The notes below the pieces were generated by a model, which had not been told where the DNA came from, did no database searches, and worked only from the letters and a program-made list of their open reading frames with translations. A stretch of 64,000 nucleotides of DNA, from the NCBI RefSeq assembly GCF_006345805.1, contig NC_043007.1, positions 3,038,001 through 3,102,000 of the forward strand, given 5' to 3'. Made by a program: the position numbers and the translations under genes. This document shows, piece by piece, positions 13,711 to 28,673 of the stretch. This stretch comes from Octopus sinensis. Its lineage: Eukaryota. Numbering within the stretch: the first letter of the stretch is position 1; every line of letters begins with the position of its first letter.

Positions 13711-14892
13711 AATAAAAGCTGCTTTTGCTAACTGGGCGGATTTTCAAGAGTGGTAGTCATTTGCGTCTTTTCGTTGTATATGGTTCTCCTTTATCTATGT
13801 TATGTGTGTGTCCGTGCGTATGTGTGAGTGTGTGTGAATAGGTGTGTATGTGTGTGCATGTGTGTGTGTATGTGTGTGCATTTGTGTATGTGTGTGACTG
13901 TATATCCGTAACTTGATTAATAAACTACACATAATATATTATTATGACTGTATAATATATAGCGAACAATTTTAGCCATAAGATTAAACAGAATTTTGAG
14001 AAACAATTAGAGCGTATATGTAATAAGAATAATGATTAAAGCTCACACATCTTGGGATATATCTACAATTATCAATACATTCTAAATATTCACGTTTCCT
14101 AGAGCCATAATTTTTATGGGATTTCAATTGACCAAGCTATCATTAAAGTTTCTGTAATAAAGTTATGCAACGCATACTTACAGCATCTTTCCGTTGAGGA
14201 GATTCCAGCCACAACAATTTTAATCACCACCTGCGTTGCTCGCTATTATCGATCTTACATCATATTATATACTTGTGCATCGATTGGTTCCTTTGCATGT
14301 TACATGGATTGTGAATGAATAATAGTTATGTCTGGGTGATTAAACACATACTAGTTGAGAATAATTGAATTCGATATAGTAGATGGCCAAGAGAATGTAA
14401 AGATATGAGTAAAGCTTTTGGTTATTTAAAAATGAGATTCATAGATCAGTGAGTTTTAGAAATCTATTTCTGCTCGTTACCAAATTTGGCCGATATAAAA
14501 ACATATATTGTAGAAAATTATTTACGTTATGGAAGACGTAATTAAGCCATAAGATATGGCCAAGTGATAAAGCAAAATTATAGAGTTTGATATAATAGAC
14601 ACGAGATAATTAGCTCTGTGTAGTTATTTGCCGGCGTGATTAGTAATGTGGGAATAAGGGAGAGGAAAAGGACAGATAGAGAGTAAGTGACAATAAAAGT
14701 GAAATGAAAAGGGATACTGGCAAACGGTTGAAGAAGGATGGAAGAGACTAAAATGAGAGAAGGTTGAAGTAAGAGATTAATTTTGAGTTACGTAGGACCA
14801 GAAATATGAACACTCTTATAATTATGAATAACAATGGAAAGCAGGGAAATCTTTATCGAGCTTCTAGTTTTTTTATATCAAACTTATAATCG

Positions 14893-15245
14893 TAGGACTT
14901 AGCATGTTGGGCGAAATGCCTGGGGTATTTCGTCTGCCGTTACGTCCTGAGTTCAAATTCCGCCGAGGTCGATAAATTAAGTACCAGGTACACACTGGGG
15001 TTGATATAATCGACTTAATCCGTTTGTCTGTCCTTGTTTGTCCTCTCTGTGTTTAGTCCCTTGTGGGTAGTAAAGAAATAGGTATTTCGTCCGTCTTCAG
15101 GTTCCGAGTTCAAATTCCGCTGAGGTTGATTTTGTCTTTCATCGTTTCGGGGTTGATAATATAAGTACCAGTTCTGTACTGGGGTCGATGCAATTAAGTT
15201 AAGCCCTCCCGCGAAATTGCTGGCCTTGTGCCCAAATTTGAATTC
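14893..15245 (+). mobile_element. SINE family B, dimeric form
   Basis: After ...AAAGAAATAGG the sequence re-enters the head at TATTTCGTC and repeats the core. Confidence 0.8.
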
Positions 15246-16208
15246 AATATTATCATAATGGGACACAAGAATATCGGAAGTCAAATGTAAATCTTTCAAT
15301 GTTTTGTAAATAATGACGTTTAGTTTTTTTTTTTCTTTTGGTTTCTTTTTTGCTATATAATGTCATAATTTTAATTAAATTTTTGCAGCCATCGTTAAAT
15401 CATCGAACCAGAAAAAAATGTTATAAGTAGAAAACAAATAAACAAGTACAGACTCATTTTGCCGACTAAAGTGTCCATATACTAATATCGTTGCAGCCCA
15501 TCGTTCTCATCGGGAGGCATGCGGTATCACATTTACGAATTATTGGTTTCGGCCGTTTGGACTAAGATCAAAGTGTAGCATTTTAACTGCTAAATATGAA
15601 ATGCGAAGTCTTTACGCAAGAAATTAATCAATAGTTTCACTTGTCGTTTTATACGAATATGCCATCTCTATAATTAATAAAACTGTCATATTTTTGACGA
15701 TAAGAGTGCGGTAGTTATTTAATATTATACGATAATATAACAAGATGTAGATTGAAAGAGAGAGAACTAACGGCTGATTTAAGATGCTGTGTTGGTGTAA
15801 TAGAATGTGGAGTGATATTGAGGATTATCGTATGATACGGCTTTCAATTCGATTGATATTTGATAGCGTATAAAATTCTGTTAAGTAACTAAGAGTAATA
15901 CGATATGAAGTGGTGTGGTTTTGTTGAATAACATAAAATGCGGATTATTGTGGAATGGAATATGGTATAATATGATATAATACATAATTAGATTTCACTT
16001 GTTGTGATATTTATGGATAATCAATGTCATGGCTTTCGCAGTAAACTATTCTACCTACAGCATCCAAAAATTTGATGCGGTCTTAACTTGTATAAAAGAC
16101 CATTCTGTTTCTGGTTTTATTGGTTGTATTTAGTAACGGTGGAGATGATACACAAATTACGACCGACATCACTACCAACACACCAACACCATCACAACAG
16201 CAACCAGA

Positions 16209-16415
<207 letters not shown>

Positions 16416-16722
16416 TATTTTGCTTTCTGACCCGTTATAACCCAGCAGTGATTTGAGGGATCTTTGTCTTTCCCTTCTCGCATGTTGATGGAATGCCTTT
16501 AGTTTCTAAAATGGTAGGCTTTCATGCCAACGGATATGTCGATGCTGTCTTTGACAGATATAGATACCGTACCAAACATAAGACTTCCGGCTTGTCAAAA
16601 TTGACTGCTTATGATATTCACAACAATTCAGCTATATACGACAGGTGTAAGAATATATGCATGTACGTATGTATGTATGTATGTACGTATGTATGTATGT
16701 ATGTATGTATGTATGTATGTAT

Positions 16723-16766
<44 letters not shown>

Positions 16767-16833
16767 CATGCATATATATGCATGTATGTATATATGTCTT
16801 CATATGCATATATTCATGTAAATAATGTAAATA

Positions 16834-16894
<61 letters not shown>

Positions 16895-17224
16895 TATATA
16901 TATTATATATATATATATATATGTGTGTGTGTATGTATCTATTTATCTGTCTGTTTGTCTTCCACTGTCACTTTTTTGTTCCTAATTTTGACCCTCCATA
17001 GACACTAAATTTTATTTTAGAATTTGTGGGAGCTACTGTCCTTGAAGACATATATTGTCGTTGAATTTTCGAAATGCAGAGTATATAGACAGCCGACAAA
17101 TGATGAAGGGTACTTCTCTGCGTTAACTTATCCTGTTTTCCATTTTACTTTCTTTACGTATTTCATGTTATTTCCACCGTTGGTGACGTCCTTTACCCAT
17201 GTATGCAGTATGTATGTATATATA

Positions 17225-17319
<95 letters not shown>

Positions 17320-17646
17320 TGTACATACATACATATATATATAATATATATATTGATAGTTATAGCTATGCATTAGAAATTAAGTCAAATGAAAGTTTAT
17401 ATAATTATTATATCGTACTATTATTATAATGTTATTATCAGTACTAGTTGTATAGTTGTATTATGTAATCAAAATTTCCAACATTTGCTCTATCTTTGAT
17501 AATTAGGAACACTACAGAGCACAGTAGTTATGGAACCACCGTAGTGGAAGCAAATGGAATATAATCTGCGTGGACCATTAAGCATAACGATTGCAGTCGT
17601 GCATTTATAAGTATCAATACAAATAAGACATTTTGTGTGTTTGTGC

Positions 17647-17724
<78 letters not shown>

Positions 17725-18686
17725 GTGTGTGTGTGTGCGTGTGTGTGTATCTATGCATGTAGAGACGCTCAACGTTCACACACCGTAACGTCTTATTCGT
17801 TAACGAAAGTGCCAATAATGTTTAGTTTCAACTGAATTCTGCAGTAACTTACCTCTGGTTACACGCATTTCAACCGAGGACAAAACATTTTTTTTCACTC
17901 ATCTCATAATCATGAAGTCTTGGGATCAATTTTCAAGTGCATTGGTGCATCAATGCACCTCAATACATTACTACCTGGTAGCAGTTGTTATGGTTTAGGT
18001 GTGTTGGTAGTGGTGTTGGTGTTAATATGCGTGTCATTTGTGTTTCACCTGGACAAGAATGAGAGTAATAACTTTGCGCTGCGATAGACAAATTTCCCTC
18101 CCAACGCATTAACAAAGAAATGTGTTTTATCAAATACCAACCACGTGTAAGTTCCTACCTCGGAGGAAGAAACACAACAATACTGCATTCCTTAATGGGA
18201 CCCCCCTACAATCTTATAAATGAAAAACTGCATTTAACCAACACCACTACGAGATAGATTAAAGATTACTACAAGCTACAGGGAGCGCTAACTCTTACTG
18301 CTATTACTACGGTCCCTCATCTTAACACCAACAGACTTACCAGCTACCACACTCATCAAGCAAGGGAGAGAACAACCAGCAATTATAATGTAGTTCCTCC
18401 TTCCACCACAAATAGATTTACCTGCTACCATTGTTATTAACTTCCATCACTATCATCTAGTAACAATAAGAAAAACACGAAACACGGCGCCACGTAAGCT
18501 TTCTAGGAAAAATATATAGCGGGAATGTTTAGCAATTACATCATTGCATGCGATTCACTGGAATATTACCTACGTGATCGACACAATCTCACCAATCCCG
18601 ATTTTGCGTGGAAGAGGCTTCAACGAAGATTTCCTCTTTTGGTGCGCTTCCTTCTGAGCATATCCCTCAGTATAAATTGGTCATAC

Positions 18687-18860
18687 CTTGACCACTTGAC
18701 TGAGAGCTTCGGGATACAGCAGAGAGAGCATTGAGAGACACCAGAGGTGAGACGACAATGAACGATCGGTGACAGCAACACAATAAATAGCAGATAACTT
18801 TTCGACTGTTAAAATTACTCCAAGAACAATAACATTCAAACTCTTCCGACATTTTATCAT
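18687..18860 (-). other. Candidate exon of an unidentified host gene (low confidence)
   Basis: Non-repetitive sequence ending in a strong donor CAAG|GTATGA. Two frames are open to the donor: MSEEFECYC...SSQSSGQ (phase 1) and MIKCRKS...SQVVK (phase 0). No homology recognised. Confidence 0.25.
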
Positions 18861-20645
18861 TCGTAATAGCAACAATATTCCTTTGTCTGTCTGACTTTTT
18901 CTTTTTCTTTTTGCTTTTGTACGAAAAGAATAAAATTAAATTTATCAAAAATCGCATCAGATTCTGATTTCCTTTTCGCACAAATATATTAACTCCAAGA
19001 AATGATATTATGAAAGTCTGAATTCAATATATCTCAATTTTCCTGTCAATTTTACTTCAGCGACAAGAGGTCGTCTTAAACGGCAAAAACCATTACATAT
19101 TTTCTTTTCTTTTACCATAATGTTATCTAAGCATTCTATTTTCATTATTGTTATTTTCAATATGCTTGTGTGTGCGTGTATATATATATATATATCTATA
19201 TATATATATATACAATATTATTTGAAGTGTTTCAGATTTTCATAACATCATTTTCAAAATTTGTAGCACTGATATATTTTTGCTGACGATGAAAATCGCA
19301 TTTATTTTTTCCAGAAATTAGTAAGAACGAAATTACAGACATATAAAATTACGTAATTTTGGCCAATCGAAAGCGTCCATTGTTGATATCATCGTTTATT
19401 CTTACCTACATTACCGTGGAGAGCAGCGCACACGAAGCCGCAACGTGATCTCTCGACTTGCTTCATAACACAGCAAAATTCTCCTTACGCTACACCATAA
19501 CGCCCAATATACAAACAAGGTGAAGATAAGAAAACAGTGGCAACCAATTCTTTCTGTACCACCAAACTTTGTTACAATTTTATCATAGGCAAAAAGTAAG
19601 TTCATACAATAATGGATCTGTTGTGTCTAGGAAGAGCTTCGAGGCTCGTGATTTCGGTAAAAGATTCCATCCCTGAAGGTTGACTTCAATTTAAATGCTA
19701 TTACTAACACTCAACAGGTGTAACACCATATGGCTCTGCCACAAGCGAAACAATCAATAGTGCTGTGGCGCAATATTTCCGCTTTTTAGGCGTCTTGGCG
19801 TAGTTTAAGGAAGATTTGACTGTTATTTCTTGCAGGTCGAGAGACACGTAAAGATCTCATATGTGTGAATCTCCATGGCGATGTAGATCAAGCATAAACG
19901 ATAAAATCAACAACAAATGCTTTCAATTCGGTAAAATTTATAACCTTAAATGATTGTAACTTCCTTATTCTCAATTTCTAGGACAATTGATGCGATTTTC
20001 ATCATCTGCAAGCACAACTACGTCAGAAGTAAATTTTGGGGAAATGATCTCAAGAAAATTTGAAAAACCTCATGGATAGAAGAAATCCAACAAGATGCTC
20101 ACACGTGATTCCATAGAGCAATCCTTCACTCAATATTATATGTGGTGTTACGTAACATTACATTATTACATAATCCCACAATTTTATCAGGTACAATTGA
20201 GCTTTATATTATCAAAATCAACAGTGTCAGTTATGTAATATCATCCAATTTTAAGCTTTATTTAATAAATAACTACGATATATAAACACTTGTTGCAACA
20301 ATTTCACTTAGCTATTCTTGTGTTTTCACTATATTCTACACCAGGTATTGAATGCAGCGTCTTATTGCTACCTCAGTGGATCACAGGTTACTTAATATCA
20401 TTATAGAACGGTTTAACATACCTCTGCCAGTGACATTGAACGTTATTATGTAAGTACTCTACTATGTAAGTACTCTAATACCTTGATAGTCTGATATACT
20501 TTGGAGTGCTACGAATTTAATGGCCAGCATAATTTAGATCCTCTCTGCCTTACATGCACACACACACACACACACACATACACACAGACACACACATATA
20601 ATATATATATATATATATATGCACACAGACATGATTTATACACAC

Positions 20646-20695
<50 letters not shown>

Positions 20696-20764
20696 ATGTA
20701 TGTATGTATATGTATTATGTGTATATATATATATATGTGTGTGTACGTTGATGCATATAATATA

Positions 20765-20796
<32 letters not shown>

Positions 20797-20883
20797 GTAG
20801 GTCCCGGGTTGATTCGGGGTTAACCACAGTAAATAAGGTACTCAATACATAGCAGAGTAAAATTAATTTATTATTATAGAAGG

Positions 20884-20933
20884 AGCTTTACAGGACTAGA
20901 ACTGTTTCATTCAAGAGAAATCTTCAGGAAGCT
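20884..20933 (-). ncRNA. Hammerhead ribozyme motif, left-arm copy (lacks the G at position 1.1 of stem I)
   Basis: Reverse complement of the right-arm motif. It reads ...CTGTA-AAGCT rather than CTGTA-GAAGCT, so stem I is weakened (a real mutation or a consensus error). Confidence 0.65.
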
Positions 20934-21071
20934 AGTTAACAAGAATGTATTGGCATTTATACATTTAGGCAGGTTAAAGGGGTGTTGGTGGGGGACTTTT
21001 TGGGGGTAGGCATAGCGCAAAAAATCATATTGGGGGAGTGGTCAAGGAGTCAGTGTTAAATTAGATAGGAG

Positions 21072-21207
21072 AATAAAAAAAAAAAAATAAAAATAAAAAA
21101 TAAAAAATAAAAAAATAAAAATAAAAAATAAAAAATAAAAAATAAAAAATAAAAAATAAAAAATAAAAAAATAATAAAAAAATATAAAAAAATAAAAATA
21201 AAATATA

Positions 21208-21238
<31 letters not shown>

Positions 21239-22096
21239 TTATAAAGGGGGGAATAGAGTTTTAGGTAAATAAGGAGATTCTCACTTATACCTCTACACAT
21301 ACACACATATATACACTCACACATACATATACATATCTAACATACACATATATATTGTATACATACACACACTCACTTGCATACACGTATACACACATGT
21401 ATATATACACACACGACCACACATACATATACACACAGAAAAATATATATATATACACGTACACACACATACTCACATACACGCATACACACACAAATCC
21501 ATACACACACATGCACACACAGCACACTAGTCCCTATATACACATATATACACATACACATATATATACACCCACACATACACATACATACACATATATA
21601 TACATACATACACATACCCATACATATATATATACATACACATATATTATATATATATACACATATATATACATATGTGTACCCATGCATACCTACACAT
21701 ACACATATATATATATATATAATATACAAATACAGACCCATTCCCTAATTTTAATTTTATTATCTTCGTTTATTACTTTTGTTATCTTTGGCCGCTTGGT
21801 CACAAACATCTTGGCTATGACAGCCAGACCATTTATCCGTCTACTGGAAAACAAATTACTCATTCACTCACGCACACTCATTAGCACGTACACTCACTCA
21901 TTCGTACACTCATACGCATACACGCACGCACGCGTTATATTCATACATACGTACATCTACATACATTCACGTATATACACATACGTACGCGTACCTACAG
22001 ATTCATGTCTACACTCTTAGAAGGCTAGTCTATACATATACACCAATAAATATAAATACACACACATACATGTACACCTACATACAAATACATACA

Positions 22097-22149
<53 letters not shown>

Positions 22150-22280
22150 GCGTACCTACAGATTCATGTCTACACTCTTAGAAGGCTAGTCTATACATAT
22201 ACACCAATAAATATAAATACACACACACATATGTACACCTACATACAAATACATACATGTACTTATATACATACATACAC

Positions 22281-22324
<44 letters not shown>

Positions 22325-22511
22325 ATATATACATATATATACATAATATTATTCATACTAACATGCATACTCAAAAAAAAGTAAAAATAGTAAATATATA
22401 TACACGCAGTTATTCATACATGCATACTCAAAAAATAATAAATATAAGTATATGTACGTGCAGTTACCTATTATATAGACGGATACATACATATAATAAA
22501 AACTTACACAC

Positions 22512-22556
<45 letters not shown>

Positions 22557-22633
22557 CATATATACACACCAATATATATAAATAAATATAAATATATACA
22601 TACACACATACACCTACATATACACATACACAC

Positions 22634-22684
<51 letters not shown>

Positions 22685-22779
22685 TATATATACATATATA
22701 CACACACACATATATAAATATAAATATAAATATATACATACACACATACACCTACATATACACATACACACATACATAC

Positions 22780-22826
<47 letters not shown>

Positions 22827-23287
22827 TACACATACATATACATACACATACATACATATATATACAACGTACACATGTACATATACATATACCCATGCAC
22901 ACGCATATATATACACAAACATACACATACACACATGTATACACACACACTCACATACACATATATACATACACATATACATACACATACATATATATAT
23001 ATATGTATACATATATACATATATATAATATATATATATATACACACACATATACATACACACACACACATACACACACATTATATACACATGTGTGCAA
23101 ACATACATACATTCTCATACAAGCACACACACTTACATTTACATATATACACACACTTACACACATATATACATACACACATACATATTCACATACATAT
23201 GCATACACACAAATATACATATATACATACATACATCTATACATATATACACACACACCCAAACACACACGCACATACATATATATA

Positions 23288-23320
<33 letters not shown>

Positions 23321-23400
23321 CATATATATATATTTTTTTACATACATACACGCACACACACACATAATACATGCGTATAATCCTACTATACCCATACATT
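21072..23400. repeat. Low-complexity 3' region of the PLE left arm: (AAAAAT)n, (TA)n/(CA)n mosaic and internal tandem duplications
   Basis: (AAAAAT)n at ~21072-21215. A ~115-bp unit CGCGTACCTACAGATTCATG... occurs twice (~21988 and ~22148). All of this is mirrored in the right arm. Confidence 0.9.
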
Positions 23401-23401
23401 T

Positions 23402-25455
23402 CTATACATATATACGATACACATCTACAAGCGTGCACATACAATATGTGAAAGGTCTTAGGAGAAAAGGTAATCGGGGGTGGCTAGGGGAACGGTGGGA
23501 TTGGGGGGGTTTTGTGGGTGGTGGGGTGTCATCAATCTGGTGCCGGGTAGGTCTATAGTTCTTGTAGTTCGCATACTTCATATGCATACAATTTGGGGAG
23601 TGTTCTGAGATTTTGTTAAGGAGAGGGCCTTTGGCGAACAAGATCTCTAGGCTCTCCGATATGCAGAGGTCACAGCAGGTATGGCCTCCTGTGTATGAGC
23701 GCGCCTTCTGTAGTAGTTTCCACTTGGTCTTGAAGGGGATGGAATTCCTTTTAAGGTACCAGATGTGGGCGGCGAGGGTAGTTTGGTTGGATTTATCCTG
23801 TCGCCGGAACGAGTGTGTGTGTGCGTACCAACGGGTCTTAAAGCTGTTTGACGTCATTCCTATGTAGGATTTTCTTTTATCGTCAGGGCCTGATCTTACC
23901 TCGCATGTATATACTAGGTCCCTCTGTAGGCAGTTGTTGTTGAGGGGGCAGGTAGTTTATCAGGGCAGTTGCAATTGCTATCGGACGTTGGATGGGCCTC
24001 GGAAAAGTAGGTATGTTAAGTTTTTTCACATTGTTGTTGGCTAGGTTCCTGGCTAGATTGGGCGTGGTAGAGTAGGAGAGTCTAATAGTGTTCTTATTTA
24101 GGATAGTGTAGTACTTATGTTGGGTGGGAAGTGTTTCTGTAGGAGAGTGAAGAAGATTTTAGCTACAGGTGTAGCGACCTCACGGTTGAAGGGGGGGTTG
24201 TACCAGCTAATGTGTCTTCGTCTATTTTTCCTAGGTTGGCGTGGGGCTATACTAGTATAGGTAATCTTATCTTTGAAGCCACTGCGGGCCAGGGCCTCGT
24301 TGTAATAGGGGGCTGCGGCCTTAAAGATATCTTCCGTGGCGGACAGGCTAGAAATTCTAATTGAGACACTTTTTACTAGGTTATCTAATATATTTTTGGG
24401 GTGGTTGGAATTAATATCTATATATTTAAGGGATTCATTCGGTTTGTGGTACGGGTAATAAAGTGAGGTTTTTAAGTCGAGGGTGACATCAAGGAAGTTA
24501 GCTTTAGTTAAGTTGGATTCTAAGGTAATCCTAAGGCCTAAGTTTTAAAGAAGGTGTAAAGATTTTTCCGGAACCCATCCGTGGTCCTGGGGTTTACTTT
24601 GTGGAGGGCGAAAAGGCCGTCATCGCGGTAAAGACCACCGGAGAGGCCTGTGAATAGGGTTTTCAGCTATGGAGGATGAAAAGGCCCACTAGGTCACTTA
24701 TTTCAGCAGAGTCGTTAGCACCCATGCTGACGTCGAAGGGGGTCACAGATTTTTTGTTGATCCAGTGGGATCCGTCATAGAAAAGAAAAGTCTTACGTGC
24801 GTGGAGTATCACATTTGCTCGACCTCGGTGATGGTGGAAGACCTCCTGGCGAAGTTAATCGCGTCGATCAGCAAGCTCTCCGATATGGAGGCGTAGTAAT
24901 CCTCGATATCCAGTTGTAGGAATCGGGTGTTGCTTTTATCAGGTAAATCCTGGAACCAGGTTATTGCCTCGGAGGTCCTATTCCAGAGTGGAAGGGGTGA
25001 AGCTTCACGCATTTTTGGTAAAATCCTGTCCAGGATCTTCTTGCTGACGGATCCGATGTCAGACTTGGTTGGGTTAATCAAACGGACCGACGGTTTATTT
25101 TCGAAATGGTCTTTGTGGTCCTTCAGGGTGAAGTGTGGGGACTTCACCCTCAGGGGTTCGGTTCGGTCATCGATTTTAAGGGAGGTGGCAATCACTTTCC
25201 CGGCTAAATTGGTTTCAGTTAGCGCTGCGTCGTCTACTTTCTAGTACATAGCTGTGATGGCGTTATCGGCTAGTCTGTTGTAGGTGTCCGGAGTCACCGC
25301 GTAAATATTTTTTGTCTTGTCCGAAGGGACATGGAGGTTCTTGGAGCTTTTCATTTTCGAAAGCTTCTCATTCAGTTCCGTTTGGAAAGGTAAGTTGACT
25401 CTCCTGAATTTGATGTTTTTTATCATGAGGAAGAGGTCTTCTTCAAACGGTTCAA
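23402..25455 (-). pseudogene. PLE polyprotein, 5'-truncated (RT + GIY-YIG endonuclease), left arm; one in-frame TAG (25241-25243) and several frameshifts
   Basis: RT motifs QLDIEDYYASI, DVSMGANDSAEISDLVG and GLYRDDGL (24619-24630). Downstream are SNHP and ISWYNPPF, then KSYIGMTSNSFKTRWYAH (GIY-YIG second strand, YIG at 23858-23866) and C-terminal CDLCISE...LN...E...CMH. Stop codon at 23402-23404. Confidence 0.9.
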
Positions 25456-27287
25456 GTAGACGACGCAGCGCTAACTGAAACCAATTTAGCCGGGAAAGTG
25501 ATTGCCACCTCCCTTAAAATCGATGACCGAACCGAACCCCTGAGGGTGAAGTCCCCACACTTCACCCTGAAGGACCACAAAGACCATTTCGAAAATAAAC
25601 CGTCGGTTCGTTTGATTAACCCAACCAAGTCTGACATCGGATCCGTCAGCAAGAAGATCCTGGACAGGATTTTACCAAAAATGCGTGAAGCTTCACCCCT
25701 TCCACTCTGGAATAGGACCTCCGAGGCAATAACCTGGTTCCAGGATTTACCTGATAAAAGCAACACCCGATTCCTACAACTGGATATCGAGGATTACTAC
25801 GCCTCCATATCGGAGAGCTTGCTGATCGACGCGATTAACTTCGCCAGGAGGTCTTCCACCATCACCGAGGTCGAGCAAGATGTGATACTCCACGCACGAA
25901 TCCAGTAAGACTTTTCTTTCTATGACGGATCCCACTGGATCAACAAAAAATCTGTGACCCCCTTCGACGTCAGCATGGGTGCTAACGACTCTGCTGAAAT
26001 AAGTGACCTAGTGGGCCTTTTCATCCTCCATAGGCTGAAAACCCTATTCACAGGCCTCTCCGGTGGTCTTTACCGCGATGACGGCCTTTTCGCCCTCCAC
26101 AAAGTAAACCCCAGGACCACGGATGGGTTCCGGAAAAATCTTTACACCTTCTTTAAAAACTTAGGCCTTAGGATTACCAGAATCCAACTTAACTAAAGCT
26201 AACTTCCTTGATGTCACCCTCGACTTAAAAACCTCACTTTATTACCCGTACCACAAACCGAATGAATCCCTTAAATATATAGATATTAATTCCAACCACC
26301 CCAAAAATATATTAGATAACCTAGTAAAAAGTGTCTCAATTAGAATTTCTAGCCTGTCCGCCACGGAAGATATCTTTAAGGCCGCAGCCCCCTATACAAC
26401 GAGGCCCTGGCCCGCAGTGGCTTCAAGATAAGATTACCTATACTAGTATAGCCCCACGCCAACCTAGGAAAAATAGACGAAGACACATTAGCTGGTACAA
26501 CCCCCCCTTCAACCGTGAGGTCGCTACACCTGTAGCTAAAATCTTCTTCACTCTCCTACAGAAAACACTTCCCCACCCAACATAAGTACTACACTATCCT
26601 AAATAAGAACACTATTAGACTCTCCTACTCTACCACGCCCAATCTAGCCAGGAACCTAGCCAACAACAATGTGAAAAAACTAACATACCTACTTTTTCCG
26701 AGGCCCATCCAACGTCCGATAGCAATTGCAACTGCCCTGATAAAACTACCTGCCCCCTCAACAACAACTGCCTACAGAAGGACCTAGTATATACATGCGA
26801 GGTTAAGATCAGGCCCTGACGATAAAAGAAAATCCTACATAGGAATGACGTCAAACAGCTTTAAGACCCGTTGGTACGCACACACACACTCGTTCCGGCG
26901 ACAGGATAAAATCCAACCAAACTACCCTCGCCGCCCACATCTGGTACCTTAAAAGGAATTCCATCCCCTTCAAGACCAAGTGGAACTACTACAGAAGGCG
27001 CGCTCATACACAGGAGGCCATACCTGCTGTGACCTCTGCATATCGGAGAGCCTAGAGATCTTGTTCGCCAAAGGCCCTCTTCCTTAACAAAATCTCAGAA
27101 CACTCCCCAAATTGTATGCGAACTACAAGGAACTATAGACCTACCCGGCAACCAGATTGATGACACCCCCACCCACAAAACCCCCCCAATCCCACCGTTC
27201 CCCTAGCACCCCCGATTACCTTTTCTCCTAAGACCTTTCACATATTGTATGTGCACGCTTGTAGATGTGTATCGTATATATGTATAG
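25454..27287 (+). pseudogene. PLE polyprotein, 5'-truncated (RT + GIY-YIG endonuclease), right arm; frameshifted
   Basis: The same motifs on the + strand: LDIEDYY (~25780), YRDD at 26071-26082, CNCPDKTTCPLNNNCLQKDLVYTCEV (~26725-26805) and YIG at 26836-26844. Stop TAG at 27285-27287. Confidence 0.9.
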
Positions 27288-27289
27288 AA

Positions 27290-27361
27290 ATGTATGGGTT
27301 ATAGTAGGATTATACGCATGTATTATGTGTGTGTGTGCGTGTATGTATGTAAAAAAATATA

Positions 27362-27402
<41 letters not shown>

Positions 27403-27656
27403 TATATATATGTATGTGCGTGGATTGTGTGGGTGTGTGTGTGTGTGTATATATGTATAGATGTATGTATGTATATAGGTATATTTGTGTGTATGCATAT
27501 GTATGTGAATATGTATGTGGTATGTATATATATGTGTGTAAGTGTGTGTATATATGTAAATGTAAGTGTGTGTGCTTGTATGAGAATGTATGTATGTTTG
27601 CACACATGTGTATATATATGTGTGTGTATGTGTGTGTGTATGTATATGTGTGGATA

Positions 27657-27687
<31 letters not shown>

Positions 27688-28068
27688 ACACTATATATAT
27701 ATGTATGTGTATGTATATGTGTATGTATATATGTGTATGTGAGTGTGTGTGTATACATGTGTGTATGTGTATGTATGTATGTATATATATGCGTGTGCAT
27801 GGGTATATGTATATGTACATATGCGCGTACGCTCCGGTGTTTATTATGGTAGGTACGTAGAGTTATCTATGTGTGTATTTATATGTACATGTGTAAGTAT
27901 GTATATATATGTATGTATGTGTATGTATATGTATGTGTATGTGTGGTGTGTATATAATATATATAATTATATGTATGTATGTGTGTATGTGTCATGTAGG
28001 TGTATGTGTGTATGTATATATTTATATTTATATTTATATATGTGTGTGTGTTATATATGTATATATAG

Positions 28069-28122
<54 letters not shown>

Positions 28123-28386
28123 GTGTATGTGTATATGTAGGTGTATGTGTGTATGTATATATTTATATTTATTTATATATATATGTGTGTATATATGTAT
28201 ATATATATTTATATATATTATAATATATATATCTATGTGTGTAAGGTTATTAATGTGTATCCGTCTATATAATAGGTACTGCACGTACATATACTTAATA
28301 TTTATTATTTTTGAGTATGCATGTATGAATAACTGCGTGTATATATATTACTATTTACTTATTTTTGAGTATGCATGTTAGTATGA

Positions 28387-28418
<32 letters not shown>

Positions 28419-28612
28419 GTGTATATATTATATATATAAATATATATATATTATATAATATATATATATAATATATATATGTGTATGTATGTATATAAGT
28501 ACATGTATGTATTTGTATGTAGGTGTACATGTATGTGTGTGTATTTATATTTATTTGGTGTATATGTATAGACTAGCCTTCTAAGAGTGTAGACATGAAT
28601 CTGTAGGTACGC

Positions 28613-28673
<61 letters not shown>

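Noticed and set aside
26700-27140. Naiad-type selenoprotein PLE
   Set aside because: The domain order is RT then endonuclease (Naiads have an N-terminal endonuclease), and the cysteine clusters use TGC/TGT, with no in-frame TGA seen.
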